Below, piece after piece: positions 49,540 through 63,071 of a DNA stretch of 64,000 nucleotides; the first letter of the stretch is position 1; the number at the start of each line of letters is the position of its first letter. The notes beneath the pieces were generated by a model, which was not told where the DNA came from, ran no database searches, and was given only the letters and a program-made list of their open reading frames with translations. A program made the position numbers and the translations under genes. Source of the stretch: Macrostomum lignano (lineage: Eukaryota); NCBI GenBank assembly GCA_002269645.1, contig NIVC01001985.1, forward strand, positions 91,042 through 155,041, given 5' to 3'.

Positions 49540-51407
49540 GTCAGTCAGTCAGTCATTAATTAATTAAAAAACTTAAAAAGTTTAAGACACAAAAATTTCT
49601 ATTTGCTAAAAAAAATTCAAATTAAAAAAAAACTACAACCACTTAGGATTCAAACCTTGCTATATGCAATCACAAGACAATCATCTTATCCACTAAGCCA
49701 CCATTTGATTATGAGAGAGCCTTATAGAACACACATTTTATATCAATGATTATAGCTGTGCCTATAAGCATAAATATTATAGACTAGACATGGCTGCTAT
49801 GCTTAAGTACTCTATATTTAAAAACATGCAATTAAAATTTACTAGGCAGGCCTATTGAACTATTAATGAATATCAATAAAAAATAGCTAGCCAATTGATT
49901 TGCCAAAGGCAAATTATTTAGCCAAAAGTTTTTGTCTTAACTTTTGATTTGATAATAATAGTTATATAATTGTCTAATAGGCCTATTCTTTTAAATGATC
50001 ATCATTGCTTAATATATCAATTTCAATAGACAATCACCATTGAAATTTGACTCTATTTTATAAAAGTATTTTTGATATCCTAATAATTTAGTTCTATTCT
50101 AATAGAATAACCTATAATATTTATATCATTTAAATAGTCAATCTATATATTATTTGTTTTAAAAGGCAATCATTTCTATGAAACTTTTAGAAAAAAATGA
50201 TCATGTTCCAAAACTGCTAAAAACAATTAAAAATAAAATGCTTCAACCTCTTCTATTCTAATAGATATAATTAGATATTGCATCAAGTATATATTAAATA
50301 TTCCACAAAAATATTTATTATACTTTCAATTAATAGTCATTTGTATAGAGTCTATAGAGTCTATACTATAGACTAGTAATATTGAAATGATTAGGCCTAT
50401 CTTCAAAATTCAGGGGGATACATATTACATTCTACTTTTTAACCTATAGTTTTTTGTATTAGGCCTATGTTTATATGTAGAATTAAAGCTGAGATCTTAT
50501 TCAATAGAGCCAGTTCATTTGAGACATCTGTGCAAGTGGTTTAAAGCTCAATGTGACCCTATTTCTCTAAATATATGGAGTCCAGATGCGAAATATACAA
50601 AGTTATTATATTTTTAAAATATGATCATTTTAGGACAATTTTAATATTTGAATTGATTTTATCCAAAACTGATATAACATATAAGCCACAAGGGAAAGTG
50701 CTAATTTATAAAAGAGCTAATACTAGAAACCATTTGTAATGTTATTTTAAGAGCTTCTACTTTATTTATTTAAAACTGTTATTAAGGTGATAGTCAATTT
50801 ACTTGGTAATTATTATCTGAAAGATTGCCAATTATCCTAGGCCTATTTATCTCATGATCATTGGAATGTTCTATATAATGGTCCCATATATGCAAAATCA
50901 ATATGGCTAGAGTTTTTGCTAGTGTCATAGTAATAATTGTTAGGTAAAGGTGATATAAGACCTAATAGAGATAGATTATATAGTATTATAGTTAAGCCAA
51001 AATTTGTTTTCACATAGTTGCAACCAAAACTATTTATATAGAGCTCCATTGTAGATACAGATATTGCTATTGAAAGTTATAGATATATAGGTTCTTAGAC
51101 AAAACATATATGGTTATGAAATCAATACTTCTTAAAATTTAGGAATTACTCTAATCTCTAATACTCCATCTCTAATTGTTGACTGATTTTTAGGCTTTCT
51201 ATTACCTTTTTGCATATCCTCTTTATGTCAATTCATAGAGATGTATGTGATCCATGTTAATTTGGCTGCAATATGTCATATGGGTAAATTAAGCTAAAGA
51301 ACTTATCTTTGATTCCCTTGTCTGCCATCAGGTTATTCCTAATTGTGCTTTGTAATCTGGCACTACAATGGCAATATTCCAATTCATGAACCAACAAACC
51401 AATTGGG

Positions 51408-54400
51408 ATGGCTCCTACAAGCATTGAAGTTATCAAAAGCGTATTTTCAGCTTCTATTCACGTCCTGGCAACCAAGTCGGGCAGTCACGTGACTCTTCAA
51501 TCGTTAGCCGAAGCCTACGAGAGAACTATGGGTCATCCGGTGCCGTTTCGTGAACACGGTTTTAGCAGCGTTGAAGAGCTAATCAGAGTTGCACTGCCAG
51601 GCACTCTGACGATGTACAGAGTGGGCGCCAACATGTGCGCTAAAAGCACCCAGCCGCCCAACCATGCTTCCAAACGCATTATCGAGAAAATTAACACAGA
51701 AAATAAAAGCTGTCGCGGCGGTAAAAGTCGCTTTAGCTTTCAAAAAAAGTCGGCCAATCGGAATCCCAGCTGTCCGCAACAGGTGCGAAATCGTATAGCC
51801 AAATTAGTTGAAGAATTCTTTGCTAAAAACGGCGAAGGCTGCAGTTTAGGTCACTTTGGCGGGCTTTATTTTCAACGTTACGGTTTTGTACTGCGTCTAG
51901 ACCAGTTTGCCTGCAATTCTATGCTATCATTTATGCGATTCCTGCAATCTTGCGGCGTCATTGACATCATTGAGACGCCTAATGGCGACCACAGGCTGAT
52001 GCCGGCTAAATCTGGCCTGTACGTCACCGACCCGAACTCCGATAAACTGGTCAATATGGTGGCCAACTGGCCTGACGGCCCGGCGCCACTGGATCAGCTA
52101 TCCGAGGCCTATTGCTCCCAGTACGGCTTCGAGCCCTGTCGGCAGCTGGGATTTCTCAGCTTCGACGCGATGGTAAAGGCGGAGAAGCGACTGCGACTGG
52201 TGCCTCGATTAGGCGCCTGTCCGCTGGTACAGTTGGCCGACAGCCTGCGACCAGCACCGCCTGCTAGGTGAGTCATATTTAATTATCTGCGGATTTTTTC
52301 ATCAGAAATCCGAGTGCCATTTTTGCATCCTGACTCCCGAAGCATTTCAATGGCAATGTCATCAATTACAGCTATTTAGGAGTCCGTTTAATGTATTTAA
52401 CCTTATTTATTTACTTAACTAAACCCATAGGCTAGGGGTTGTGGCCTAGTGGTCAGAGCGTCGGACTCACGCAGGAAAGGTCGGGGGTTCGATTCTCAAC
52501 TCACTTGAAACAATTTGTGTCCTTGAGCAAGACACTTAACTCTGCATTGCTTCAGTTCACCCTGAATTAGCTGGGGCTGAGCTGTCTGTTGCAAAACTGC
52601 CCAGTAGGGCAGGTGTAATTAATTATTATTGTTGTTATTACGAATTTTTATTATGAATCAACCTAGATAGATTTTATGTTTTTATGTTTTACTTAGGGAA
52701 AACTCGTGTGTAAAATCTACGTTTTAGATTTTAGGTTATAGGGTTTAGGTTAGGTTAGTAGCGTTATGGTTAAGGATATGAGTTTACGTTAGGTTCATGT
52801 CAGGCTCGACAGTCAAATTGACGGCAGTCGATGCGTTATGCTTTTCAGCAACGAATTGCCGGCTAACTGTATCAAGCAGCAGCCACTGCAGCAACTGCCC
52901 GAAGACGAGCAGCTACCGCAGCTTCCTCAAGAGCTGCATCAACCTTTGCAGAATCTACAGTTGTATTCACCGCCTCTGCCGCCTTTGTCCTCGTCTTCAT
53001 CGTCTGGCGGCGGCGGCGACGTCTCGTCCGTTGGTCTGAAGTCCATGACCAATACATGCATTAGCGAATTGGATCGGAGCGACACCTGGTCTACGTACGG
53101 CGACGGGGACAGTGGTAGTAACGGAATTCCGGCCGACTGTGTACCCATTGGCTGCCAGCTGCAGCCGCTGCCTGTAGCGGAATATGCCGATCCGAATACT
53201 GGCACTGTCAGGGTAAGTTGGACTTGCTTTTACTCTATATCGTACAAATCCACCAGACTCTTCAGAATACACCAAACTCTTCAGAATCCACCAAACTCAT
53301 AAGAATCTACCAGACTCTTCAGAATCCACCAAACTCATCAGAATCCACCAGACTCTTCAGAATCCACCAAACTCATCAGAATCCACCAGACTCTTCAGAA
53401 TCCACTAGCCTCTTCAGAATCCACCAAACTCATCAGAATCCACCAGACTCTTCAGAATCCACTAGCCTCTTCAGAATCCACCAAACTCATCAGAATCCAC
53501 CAGACTCTTCAGAATCCACTAGCCTCTTCAGAATCCACTAGCCTCTTCAGAATCCACCAGACTCATCAGAGCCCACCAGACTCATCAGAATCTACCAGAC
53601 TCTTCAGAATCCACTAGCCTCTTCAGAATCCACTAGCCTCTTCAGGATCCACCAGACTCATCAGAGCCCACCAGACTTATCAGAATCTACCAGACTCTTC
53701 AGAATCGACCAGCCTCATCAGAATCCACCAGACTCATCAGAGTCCACTAGACTCATTAGAATCTACCAGACTCATCAGAGTCCACCAGACTCATCAGAGT
53801 CCACCAGCCTCATCAGAATCCACCAGACTCATCAGAGTCCACCAGACTCATCAGAGTCCACCAGCCTCATCAGAATCCACCAGACTCATCAGAGTCCACC
53901 AGACTCATTAGAATCTACCAGACTCCAGAGTCGCTGTCTAACCGCCCTACTAGGTGTCTAAATAGCCCTGTACATGTAGGTGCATGGCTGCAAGTACAAT
54001 AGCTACTATATTACAGTATTACACTACCTTCACAGGTGAGCGTGAAGGCCACTTGCCCAGACGACCTGCTGCTCTCTGTGCATAGCAGCCGGCTAGACGA
54101 ACAGCGCCGACGCCTCCAAGCCGACATGAAAGCTTGCGCTGATTGGCAGCCGATCTCGCGTCGTCACGCAGCCACAGGCGGTCTGCTGTGCGCTGCCAGA
54201 CTGGGCGGCGCCAATGGCCGACTAATCCGCGTCCAAGCGCTCGGATTTGACGGCGCTCCCCGGGCCGGCCGGGTTCGAGTCCGGCCGTTAGACGAGCCGC
54301 CTAGCGGCTCAGAAATTGTCAGCCTAACGGATCTGTATTATTTGAAGCGGCAATTTGCCGACGCCTGCAGTCAGTTGACGGCGTTGGCCTATCTGGACTG

Positions 54401-54622
54401 TTTGAAGCCGACGGATGCGAACGGCCAGTGGAGCGAGGCGGCTAGCAATTTTTTCTGCGATTTGATGACGAACAGCTCAGAGCCGAAGGCGGTGCAAATT
54501 GTGCGCAATTTGCTGGACGAGGTAAACAAACTATTGCAAGCAATGTGCAGACACGCATTAAGACATACACGCTTTGTTAATAGGTTCATAGGCATTCCTA
54601 GTACGAGACATTTGGACTGCTG

Positions 54623-54696
<74 letters not shown>

Positions 54697-54817
54697 GCTA
54701 CTACTACTACTACTACTGCTACTAATACTACTACTACTACTATTACCACTTCTACTACTACTACTACTACTACTTATACTATTACCACTACTTCTACTAC
54801 TACTACTACTTCTTCTT

Positions 54818-54907
<90 letters not shown>

Positions 54908-55349
54908 TTACCACTTCTACTACTACTACTACTTATACTATTACCACTACTTCTACTACTACTACTACTTCTTCTTCTACTACTACTACTACTACTACTA
55001 CTAGCTAGTATTAAGGATGCATTTTATTTTTGTCCGGTATTGTAGTATATATTTTACAACCCTAACCCTAATAATAATAATTTCAGCCGCCGTACAACTG
55101 CTCTGTAGTCTTTGTTCGGCCCAACGTGTCCATCGAGATGATTAAGTATGGCTATGCATTGGAGCCGAGCATTTTGGTGAGTTAACAAAAAAAATCCTAG
55201 GCACTTCTTGAATGCATTTAATAATTCATACACTACTACTCACCAAATCCACCAGATTTACGGCTTCTGTAAAACAAGTCATACATTTCTGGCCTTGATT
55301 TTTCATTTCATTTCAGACTTACCCAACGCAGCGACTTACCGACTTCTAA
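51408..55349 (+). CDS. TDRD5: LOTUS (OST-HTH) x3 plus single extended Tudor domain protein, TDRD5/Tejas-like, ~625 aa
   Basis: join(51408..52267,52804..53212,54036..54521,55087..55176,55317..55349), 1878 nt. LOTUS-like repeats LAEAYERTMGHPVPFREHGFSSVEELIR, FGGLYFQRYGFVLRLDQFACNSMLSFM and LSEAYCSQYGFEPCRQLGFLSFDAMV; extended Tudor/SN elements LCAARL, LYYLKRQF, LAYLDCLKP..GQWSEAASNFF, NVSIEMIKYGYA. Exon 2 could instead start at 52849. AATAAA near 55379. Orthology to TDRD5 rests on domain architecture only. Confidence 0.72.
52431..52640 (+). mobile_element. tRNA-derived SINE in TDRD5-like intron 1
   Basis: A box TGGCCTAGTGG, B box GGTTCGATTC (~52486), central GTGTCCTTGAGCAAGACACTTAAC, (TAT/TGT)n tail; same family as 28285-28534. 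Confidence 0.8.
53245..53926. repeat. 19-bp minisatellite in TDRD5-like intron 2
   Basis: Unit CAGAATCCACCAGACTC(T/A)T and variants, about 35 copies. Confidence 0.93.
54623..55004. repeat. (TAC)n microsatellite in TDRD5-like intron 3
   Basis: TAC array with an internally duplicated interrupted block. Confidence 0.96.
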
Positions 55350-55502
55350 ATTCTAATCAATTGAATTTGCAAACGCGTTAATAAACTTCCTGCTTGTCAA
55401 CTTAAAAAACTGCATTTTTGCTAAATAAATTTCTATCGTTCTCCTTATCATGTGTACTAATACGCTCAAGTCACCTATTTTTCATTTATACACTTTAAGA
55501 TG

Positions 55503-55533
<31 letters not shown>

Positions 55534-55851
55534 TTCGGCGCTAGTTCTATAACAGTTGGCGTTGGGAAAGATCCTAAAATATATCCAATAATTTTTCACG
55601 GGGTTTTTTAATCGAATTTTGTTGTTTAATTGATTTTCGCTGGGTAAAAATCTATTTATACTACTGTTATCGTATTATTGTAGTAGCATAGCAAACATCT
55701 GAAAATTCAAATTTTAAGTATATTAGCAACTAATCGGTATTCATTTCCCCTCACCAGCTTGATTTTGCGAGCGCGCGGCTTCTGTAAAACAATAAGAAAT
55801 CTAATAAAATACAAAAATTTCTGTAACAAATAACTGACTAAACCATTAGCC

Positions 55852-58800
55852 ATGGCCGATGACGATTCTTCACTAGCTCCGTTCGAAGACGACGCCGCTG
55901 CCAACGCCGGCGGCGGCATCGGCTCCGACGACGAGGACGCCAATCTGGCCGCTCCGGAGGTGCGCGGCGGAGTCGGCGAAGATGGCGAAGAGGACAATGG
56001 CGAGGAACTGTTTGGCGACGATATGATGAACGACTATAGGCCTATTCCCGAGCTAGATAGGTAATTCTTTGAATTAAGTATATAAACTCTACAATTCAAT
56101 TTGAATTCTTTAGGCTTCCTTTAATATCCCAGGGCATTTCAACCTAAATGCATGGCCTGTTAGATCTCAATGCATAGCCTCAATTCGATCTCAATGCATA
56201 GCCTCAGCCTCAGTTAGATCTCAACCCATAGCCTCAGTTAGATCTCAATTCATAGCCTCAATTCGATCTCAATGCATAGCCTCAGCCTCAATTAGATCTC
56301 AATCCATAGCCTCAGTTAGATCTCAATCCATAGCCTCAGTTAGATCTCAATCCATAGCCTCAATTAGATCTCAATGCATAGCCTCAATTAGATCTCAATG
56401 CATAGCCTCAATTAGATCTCAATCCATAGCCTCAATTACATCTCAACCCATAGCCTTAGTTAGATCTCAATCCATAGCCTCAATTAGATCTCAATGCATA
56501 GCCTCAATTAGATCTCAATCCATAGCCTCAATTACATCTCAACCCATAGCCTTAGTTAGATCTCAATCCATAGCCTCAATTAGATCTCAATGCATAGCCT
56601 CAATTAGATCTCAATCCATAGCCTCAATTACATCTCAACCCATAGCCTTAGTTAGATCTCAATCCATAGCCTCAATTAGATCTCAACCCATAGCCTCAGT
56701 TAGATCTCAATTCATAGCCTCAGTTAGATCTCAATCCATAGCCTCAGTTAGATCTCAACCCATAGCCTCAGTTACATCTCAACCCATAGCCTCAGTTAGA
56801 TCTCAACCCATAGCCTCAGTTACATCTCAACCCATAGCCTCAGTTAGATCTCAATCCATAGCCTCAATTACATCTCAACCCATAGCCTCAATTAGATCTC
56901 AATGCATAGCCTCAATTAGATCTCAATCCATAGCCTCAGTTAGATCTCAATCCATAGCCTCAGTTAGATCTCAATCCATAGCCTCAATTAGATCTCAATG
57001 CATAGCCTCAATTAGATCTCAACCCATAGCCTCAGTTACATCTCAACCCATAGCCTCCGTTAGATCTCAATCCATAGCCTCAATTCGATCTCAATGCATA
57101 GCCTCAGCCTCAGTTAGATCTCAACCCATAGCCTCAATTAGATCTCAACCCATAGCCTCAGTTACATCTCAACCCATAGCCTCAGTTAGATCTCAATTCA
57201 TAGCCTCAATTCGATCTCAATGCATAGCCTCAGCCTCAATTAGATCTCAATCCATAGCCTCAGTTAGATCTCAATCCATAGCCTCAGTTAGATCTCAATC
57301 CATAGCCTCAATTAGATCTCAATGCATAGCCTCAATTAGATCTCAATCCATAGCCTCAATTACATCTCAACCATAGCCTTAGTTAGATCTCAATCCATAG
57401 CCTCAATTAGATCTCAATGCATAGCCTCAATTAGATCTCAATCCATAGCCTCAATTACATCTCAACCCATAGCCTTAGTTAGATCTCAATCCATAGCCTC
57501 AATTAGATCTCAATCCATAGCCTCAATTAGATCTCAACCCATAGCCTCAGTTACATCTCAACCCATAGCCTCAGTTAGATCTCAATCCATAGCCTCAATT
57601 CGATCTCAATGCATAGCCTCAGCCTCAGTTAGATCTCAACCCATAGCCTCAATTAGATCTCAATCCATAGCCTCAATTAGATCTCAATGCATAGCCTCAA
57701 TTAGATCTCAATCCATAGCCTCAGTTTGATCTCAATCCATAGCCTCAGTTAGATCTCAATCCATAGCCTCAATTAGATCTCAATGCATAGCCTCAATTAG
57801 ATCTCAATCCATAGCCTCAATTACATCTCAACCCATAGCCTTAGTTAGATCTCAATCCATAGCCTCAATTAGATCTCAATGCATAGCCTCAATTAGATCT
57901 CAATCGATAGCCTCAATTACATCTCAACCCATAGCCTTAGTTAGATCTCAATCCATAGCCTCAATTAGATCTCAATCCATAGCCTCAATTAGATCTCAAC
58001 CCATAGCCTCAGTTACATCTCAACCCATAGCCTCAGTTAGATCTCAATCCATAGCCTCAATTCGATCTCAATGCATAGCCTCAGCCTCAGTTAGATCTCA
58101 ACCCATAGCCTCAGTTAGATCTCAATTCATAGCCTCAGTTAGATCTCAATCCATAGCCTCAGTTAGATCTCAACCCATAGCCTCAGTTACATCTCAACCC
58201 AAAGCCTCAGTTAGATCTCAATTCATAGCCTCAGTTAGATCTCAATCCATAGCCTCAGTTAGATCTCAACCCATAGCCTCAGTTACATCTCAACCCATAG
58301 CCTCAGTTAGATCTCAACCATAGCCTCAGTTACATCTCAACCCATAGCCTCAGTTAGATCTCAATCCATAGCCTCAATTACATCTCAACCCAAGCCTTAG
58401 TTAGATCTCAATTCATAGCCTCAGTTACATCTCAACCCATAGCCTCAGTTAGATCTCAATCCATAGCCTCAATTAGATCTCAATCCATAGCCTCAATTAG
58501 ATCTCAATCCATAGCCTCAATTAGATCTCAACCCATAGCCTCAGTTACTCAACCATAGCCTCAGTTACATCTCAACCATAGCCTCCGTTAGATCTCAATC
58601 CATAGCCTCAATTCGATCTCAATGCATAGCCTCAGTTAGATCTCAACCCATAGCCTCAATTAGATCTCAACCCATAGCCTCAGTTACATCTCAACCCATA
58701 GCCTCAGTTAGATCTCAATTCATAGCCTCAATTCGATCTCAATGCATAGCCTCAGCCTCAATTAGATCTCAATCCATAGCCTCAGTTAGATCTCAATCCA

Positions 58801-61800
58801 TAGCCTCAGTTAGATCTCAATCCATAGCCTCAATTAGATCTCAATGCATAGCCTCAATTAGATCTCAATCCATAGCCTCAATTACATCTCAACCCATAGC
58901 CTTAGTTAGATCTCAATCCATAGCCTCAATTAGATCTCAATGCATAGCCTCAATTAGATCTCAATCCATAGCCTCAATTACATCTCAACCCATAGCCTTA
59001 GTTAGATCTCAATCCATAGCCTCAATTAGATCTCAATCCATAGCCTCAATTAGATCTCAACCCATAGCCTCAGTTACATCTCAACCCATAGCCTCAGTTA
59101 GATCTCAATCCATAGCCTCAATTCGATCTCAATGCATAGCCTCAGCCTCAGTTAGATCTCAACCCATAGCCTCAATTAGATCTCAATCCATAGCCTCAAT
59201 TAGATCTCAATGCATAGCCTCAATTAGATCTCAATCCATAGCCTCAGTTAGATCTCAATCCATAGCCTCAGTTAGATCTCAATCCATAGCCTCAATTAGA
59301 TCTCAATGCATAGCCTCAATTAGATCTCAACCATAGCCTCAGTTACATCTCAACCCATAGCCTCGTTAGATCTCAATCCATAGCCTCAATTCGATCTCAA
59401 TGCATAGCCTCAGCCTCAGTTAGATCTCAACCAATAGCCTCAATTAGATCTCAATTCATAGCCTCAGTTACATCTCAACCCATAGCCTCAGTTAGATCTC
59501 AATCCATAGCCTCAATTAGATCTCAATCCATAGCCTCAATTAGATCTCAATCCATAGCCTCAGTTAGATCTCAATCCATAGCCTCAGTTAGATCTCAATC
59601 CATAGCCTCAATTAGATCTCAATGCATAGCCTCAATTAGATCTCAATCCATAGCCTCAATTACATCTCAACCCATAGCCTTAGTTAGATCTCAATCCATA
59701 GCCTCAATTAGATCTCAATGCACAGCCTCAATTAGATCTCAATCCATAGCCTCAATTACATCTCAACCCATAGCCTTAGTTAGATCTCAATCCATAGCCT
59801 CAATTAGATCTCAATCCATAGCCTCAATTAGATCTCAACCCATAGCCTCAGTTACATCTCAACCCATAGCCTCAGTTAGATCTCAATCCATAGCCTCAAT
59901 TCGATCTCAATGCATAGCCTCAGCCTCAGTTAGATCTCAACCCATAGCCTCAGTTAGATCTCAATTCATAGCCTCAGTTAGATCTCAATCCATAGCCTCA
60001 GTTAGATCTCAACCCATAGCCTCAGTTACATCTCAACCCAAAGCCTCAGTTAGATCTCAATTCATAGCCTCAGTTAGATCTCAATCCATAGCCTCAGTTA
60101 GATCTCAACCCATAGCCTCAGTTACATCTCAACCCATAGCCTCAGTTAGATCTCAACCATAGCCTCAGTTACATCTCAACCATAGCCTCAGTTAGATCTC
60201 AATCCATAGCCTCAATTACATCTCAACCATAGCCTTAGTTAGATCTCAATTCATAGCCTCAGTTACATCTCAACCCATAGCCTCAGTTAGATCTCAATCC
60301 ATAGCCTCAATTAGATCTCAATCCATAGCCTCAATTAGATCTCAATCCATAGCCTCAATTAGATCTCAACCCATAGCCTCAGTTACATCTCAACCCATAG
60401 CCTCCGTTAGATCTCAATCCATAGCCTCAATTCGATCTCAATGCATAGCCTCAGCCTCAGTTAGATCTCAACCCATAGCCTCAATTAGATCTCAACCATA
60501 GCCTCAGTTACATCTCAACCCATAGCCTCAGTTAGATCTCAATTCATAGCCTCAATTCGATCTCAATGCATAGCCTCAGCCTCAATTAGATCTCAATCCA
60601 TAGCCTCAGTTAGATCTCAATCCATAGCCTCAGTTAGATCTCAATCATAGCCTCAATTAGATCTCAATGCATAGCCTCAATTAGATCTCAATCCATAGCC
60701 TCAATTACATCTCAACCCATAGCCTTAGTTAGATCTCAATCCATAGCCTCAATTAGATCTCAATGCATAGCCTCAATTAGATCTCAATCCATAGCCTCAA
60801 TTACATCTCAACCCATAGCCTTAGTTAGATCTCAATCCATAGCCTCAATTAGATCTCAATCCATAGCCTCAATTAGATCTCAACCATAGCCTCAGTTACA
60901 TCTCAACCCATAGCCTCAGTTAGATCTCAATCCATAGCCTCAATTCGATCTCAATGCATAGCCTCAGTTAGATCTCAACCCATAGCCTCAATTAGATCTC
61001 AATCCATAGCCTCAATTAGATCTCAATGCATAGCCTCAATTAGATCTCAATCCATAGCCTCAGTTAGATCTCAATCCATAGCCTCAGTTAGATCTCAATC
61101 CATAGCCTCAATTAGATCTCAATGCATAGCCTCAATTAGATCTCAACCATAGCCTCAGTTACATCTCAACCCATAGCCTCAGTTAGATCTCAATCCATAG
61201 CCTCAATTCGATCTCAATGCATAGCCTCAGCCTCAGTTAGATCTCAACCCATAGCCTCAATTAGATCTCAATTCATAGCCTCAGTTACATCTCAACCCAT
61301 AGCCTCAATTAGATCTCAATCCATAGCCTCAATTAGATCTCAATCCATAGCCTCAATTAGATCTCAATCCATAGCCTCAGTTACATCTCAACCCATAGCC
61401 TCAGTTAGATCTCAATCCATAGCCTCAATTAGATCTCAATCCATAGCCTCAATTAGATCTCAATCCATAGCCTCAATTAGATCTCAACCCATAGCCTCAG
61501 TTACATCTCAACCCATAGCCTCAGTTAGATCTCAACCATAGCCTCAGTTAGATCTCAACCCATAGCCTCAGTTAGATCTCAACCCATAGCCTCAATTAGA
61601 TCTCAACCATAGCCTCAGTTACATCTCAACCCATAGCCTCAGTTAGATCTCAACCCATAGCCTCAGTTAGATCTCAACCCATAGCCTCAGTTAGATCTCA
61701 ACCATAGCCTCAGTTAGATCTCAACCCATAGCCTCAGTTAGATCTCAACCATAGCCTCAGTTAGATCTCAATCCATAGCCTCAGTTAGATCTCAATCCAT

Positions 61801-63021
61801 AGCCTCAATTAGATCTCAATCCATAGCCTCAATTAGATCTCAATCCATAGCCTCAATTAGATCTCAATCCATAGCCTCAGTTAGATCTCAATCCATAGCC
61901 TCAGTTAGATCTCAACCCATAGCCTCAGTTAGATCTCAACCATAGCCTCAGTTAGATCTCAATCCATAGCCTCAGTTAGATCTCAATCCATAGCCTCAGT
62001 TAGATCTCAATCCATAGCCTCAGTTAGATCTCAACCATAGCCTCAGTTAGATCTCAACCCATAGCCTCAGTTAGATCTCAACCCATAGCCTCAGTTAGAT
62101 CTCAACCCATAGCCTCAGTTAGATCTCAACCATAGCCTCAGTTAGATCTCAACCCATAGCCTCAGTTAGATCTCAACCCATAGCCTCAGTTAGATCTCAA
62201 TCCATAGCCTCAGTTAGATCTCAATCCATAGCCTCAATTAGATCTCAATCCATAGCCTCAATTAGATCTCAATCCATAGCCTCAATTAGATCTCAATCCA
62301 TAGCCTCAGTTAGATCTCAATCCATAGCCTCAATTAGATCTCAATCCATAGCCTCAATTAGATCTCAATCCATAGCCTATTAGATCTCAATCCATAGCCT
62401 GTTAGATCTCAATCCATAGCCTAGTTAGATCTCAATCCATAGCCTTAGATCTCAATTCGTCTATTAGATCTCAATCCATAGCCTAGATTAATTTTATTAT
62501 TCATCTGTTAGATCTTAATTCATAGTCTGTGAGATCTCAATCCATATATTAGATCTCAATTCATAGCCTCTATTAAAATCTTTTTTGCTCATTATTAGTA
62601 TATAGGAAGTAATGAGTCGCTCTAATTAACCAATCCCAGGTACCTCCAGAAGGCATTGACGATTCCGAATCGCACGACCCCATGACAGCCGAGGAGCGCC
62701 TGGCCGCGAGCGCTCACTTCGTAGGCGCGATCGCGAAGCCGAAGAAGGCGCCTCGAGGCCGCCCGATATGCGTCGCCGTCTATTCGACTTCTCCGCCTCG
62801 GAGCTCGGCGCCTACGATGAAGATGGCGACGAGGACGAATCGGAGTCTGGCGCGGCCGCCGCTGCCAGGCGTCGCGACGCCGTTTAGCCGAGCGCGCCGC
62901 CCAAGGCGAAGAGGCCGCAGCAGCGGCCGCAGCTGCTGCCTTCCTAATGGACGACGAAGGCGAAGGCATGGACGCGTTGGAGAATCTGGAGAACACGCGC
63001 GGCATGTCCATTGCTGAGTGG
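55852..63021 (+). CDS. MCM2: DNA replication licensing factor MCM2, 5' part only; exon 2 frameshifted as assembled
   Basis: Exon 1 55852..56060 (acidic N-terminus, GEELFGDDMMNDYRPIPELDR), exon 2 from 62640. Restoring three single-base deletions gives Y.PEGIDD...MTAEERLAAERSLRRRDRE...RRRRRLAERAA...LENLENTRGMSIAEW, the MCM2 histone-binding N-terminal region. Exon 2 donor not identified; the rest of the gene lies beyond the window. Confidence 0.88.
56155..62570. repeat. 6.4-kb 24-bp satellite array filling MCM2 intron 1
   Basis: Unit TAGATCTCAA(T/C)(C/G/T)CATAGCCTCA(A/G)T, roughly 260 copies, with TACATC, TCGATC and CCTCAGCCTCAG variants. Confidence 0.98.
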
Positions 63022-63071
63022 AGACACTGTCAAGCAATAGCGCAGGCTAGGCATGAGTAAAGTGGAGACAC

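Noticed and set aside
52431-52505. tRNA gene (also tRNA-like heads near 25200, 38090, 42420 and 49650-49700)
   Set aside because: A/B boxes are present but there is no closed acceptor stem; they continue into SINE body or are degenerate.
52720-52795. Telomere-like TTAGG/TTTAGG words
   Set aside because: Short, irregular and intronic; not a true telomeric array.
54522-54749. Poly-Tyr / poly-Val ORF extensions
   Set aside because: Read-through into intron 3 and its (TAC)n array; a good donor at 54522 and an in-phase Tudor exon at 55087 explain the structure.
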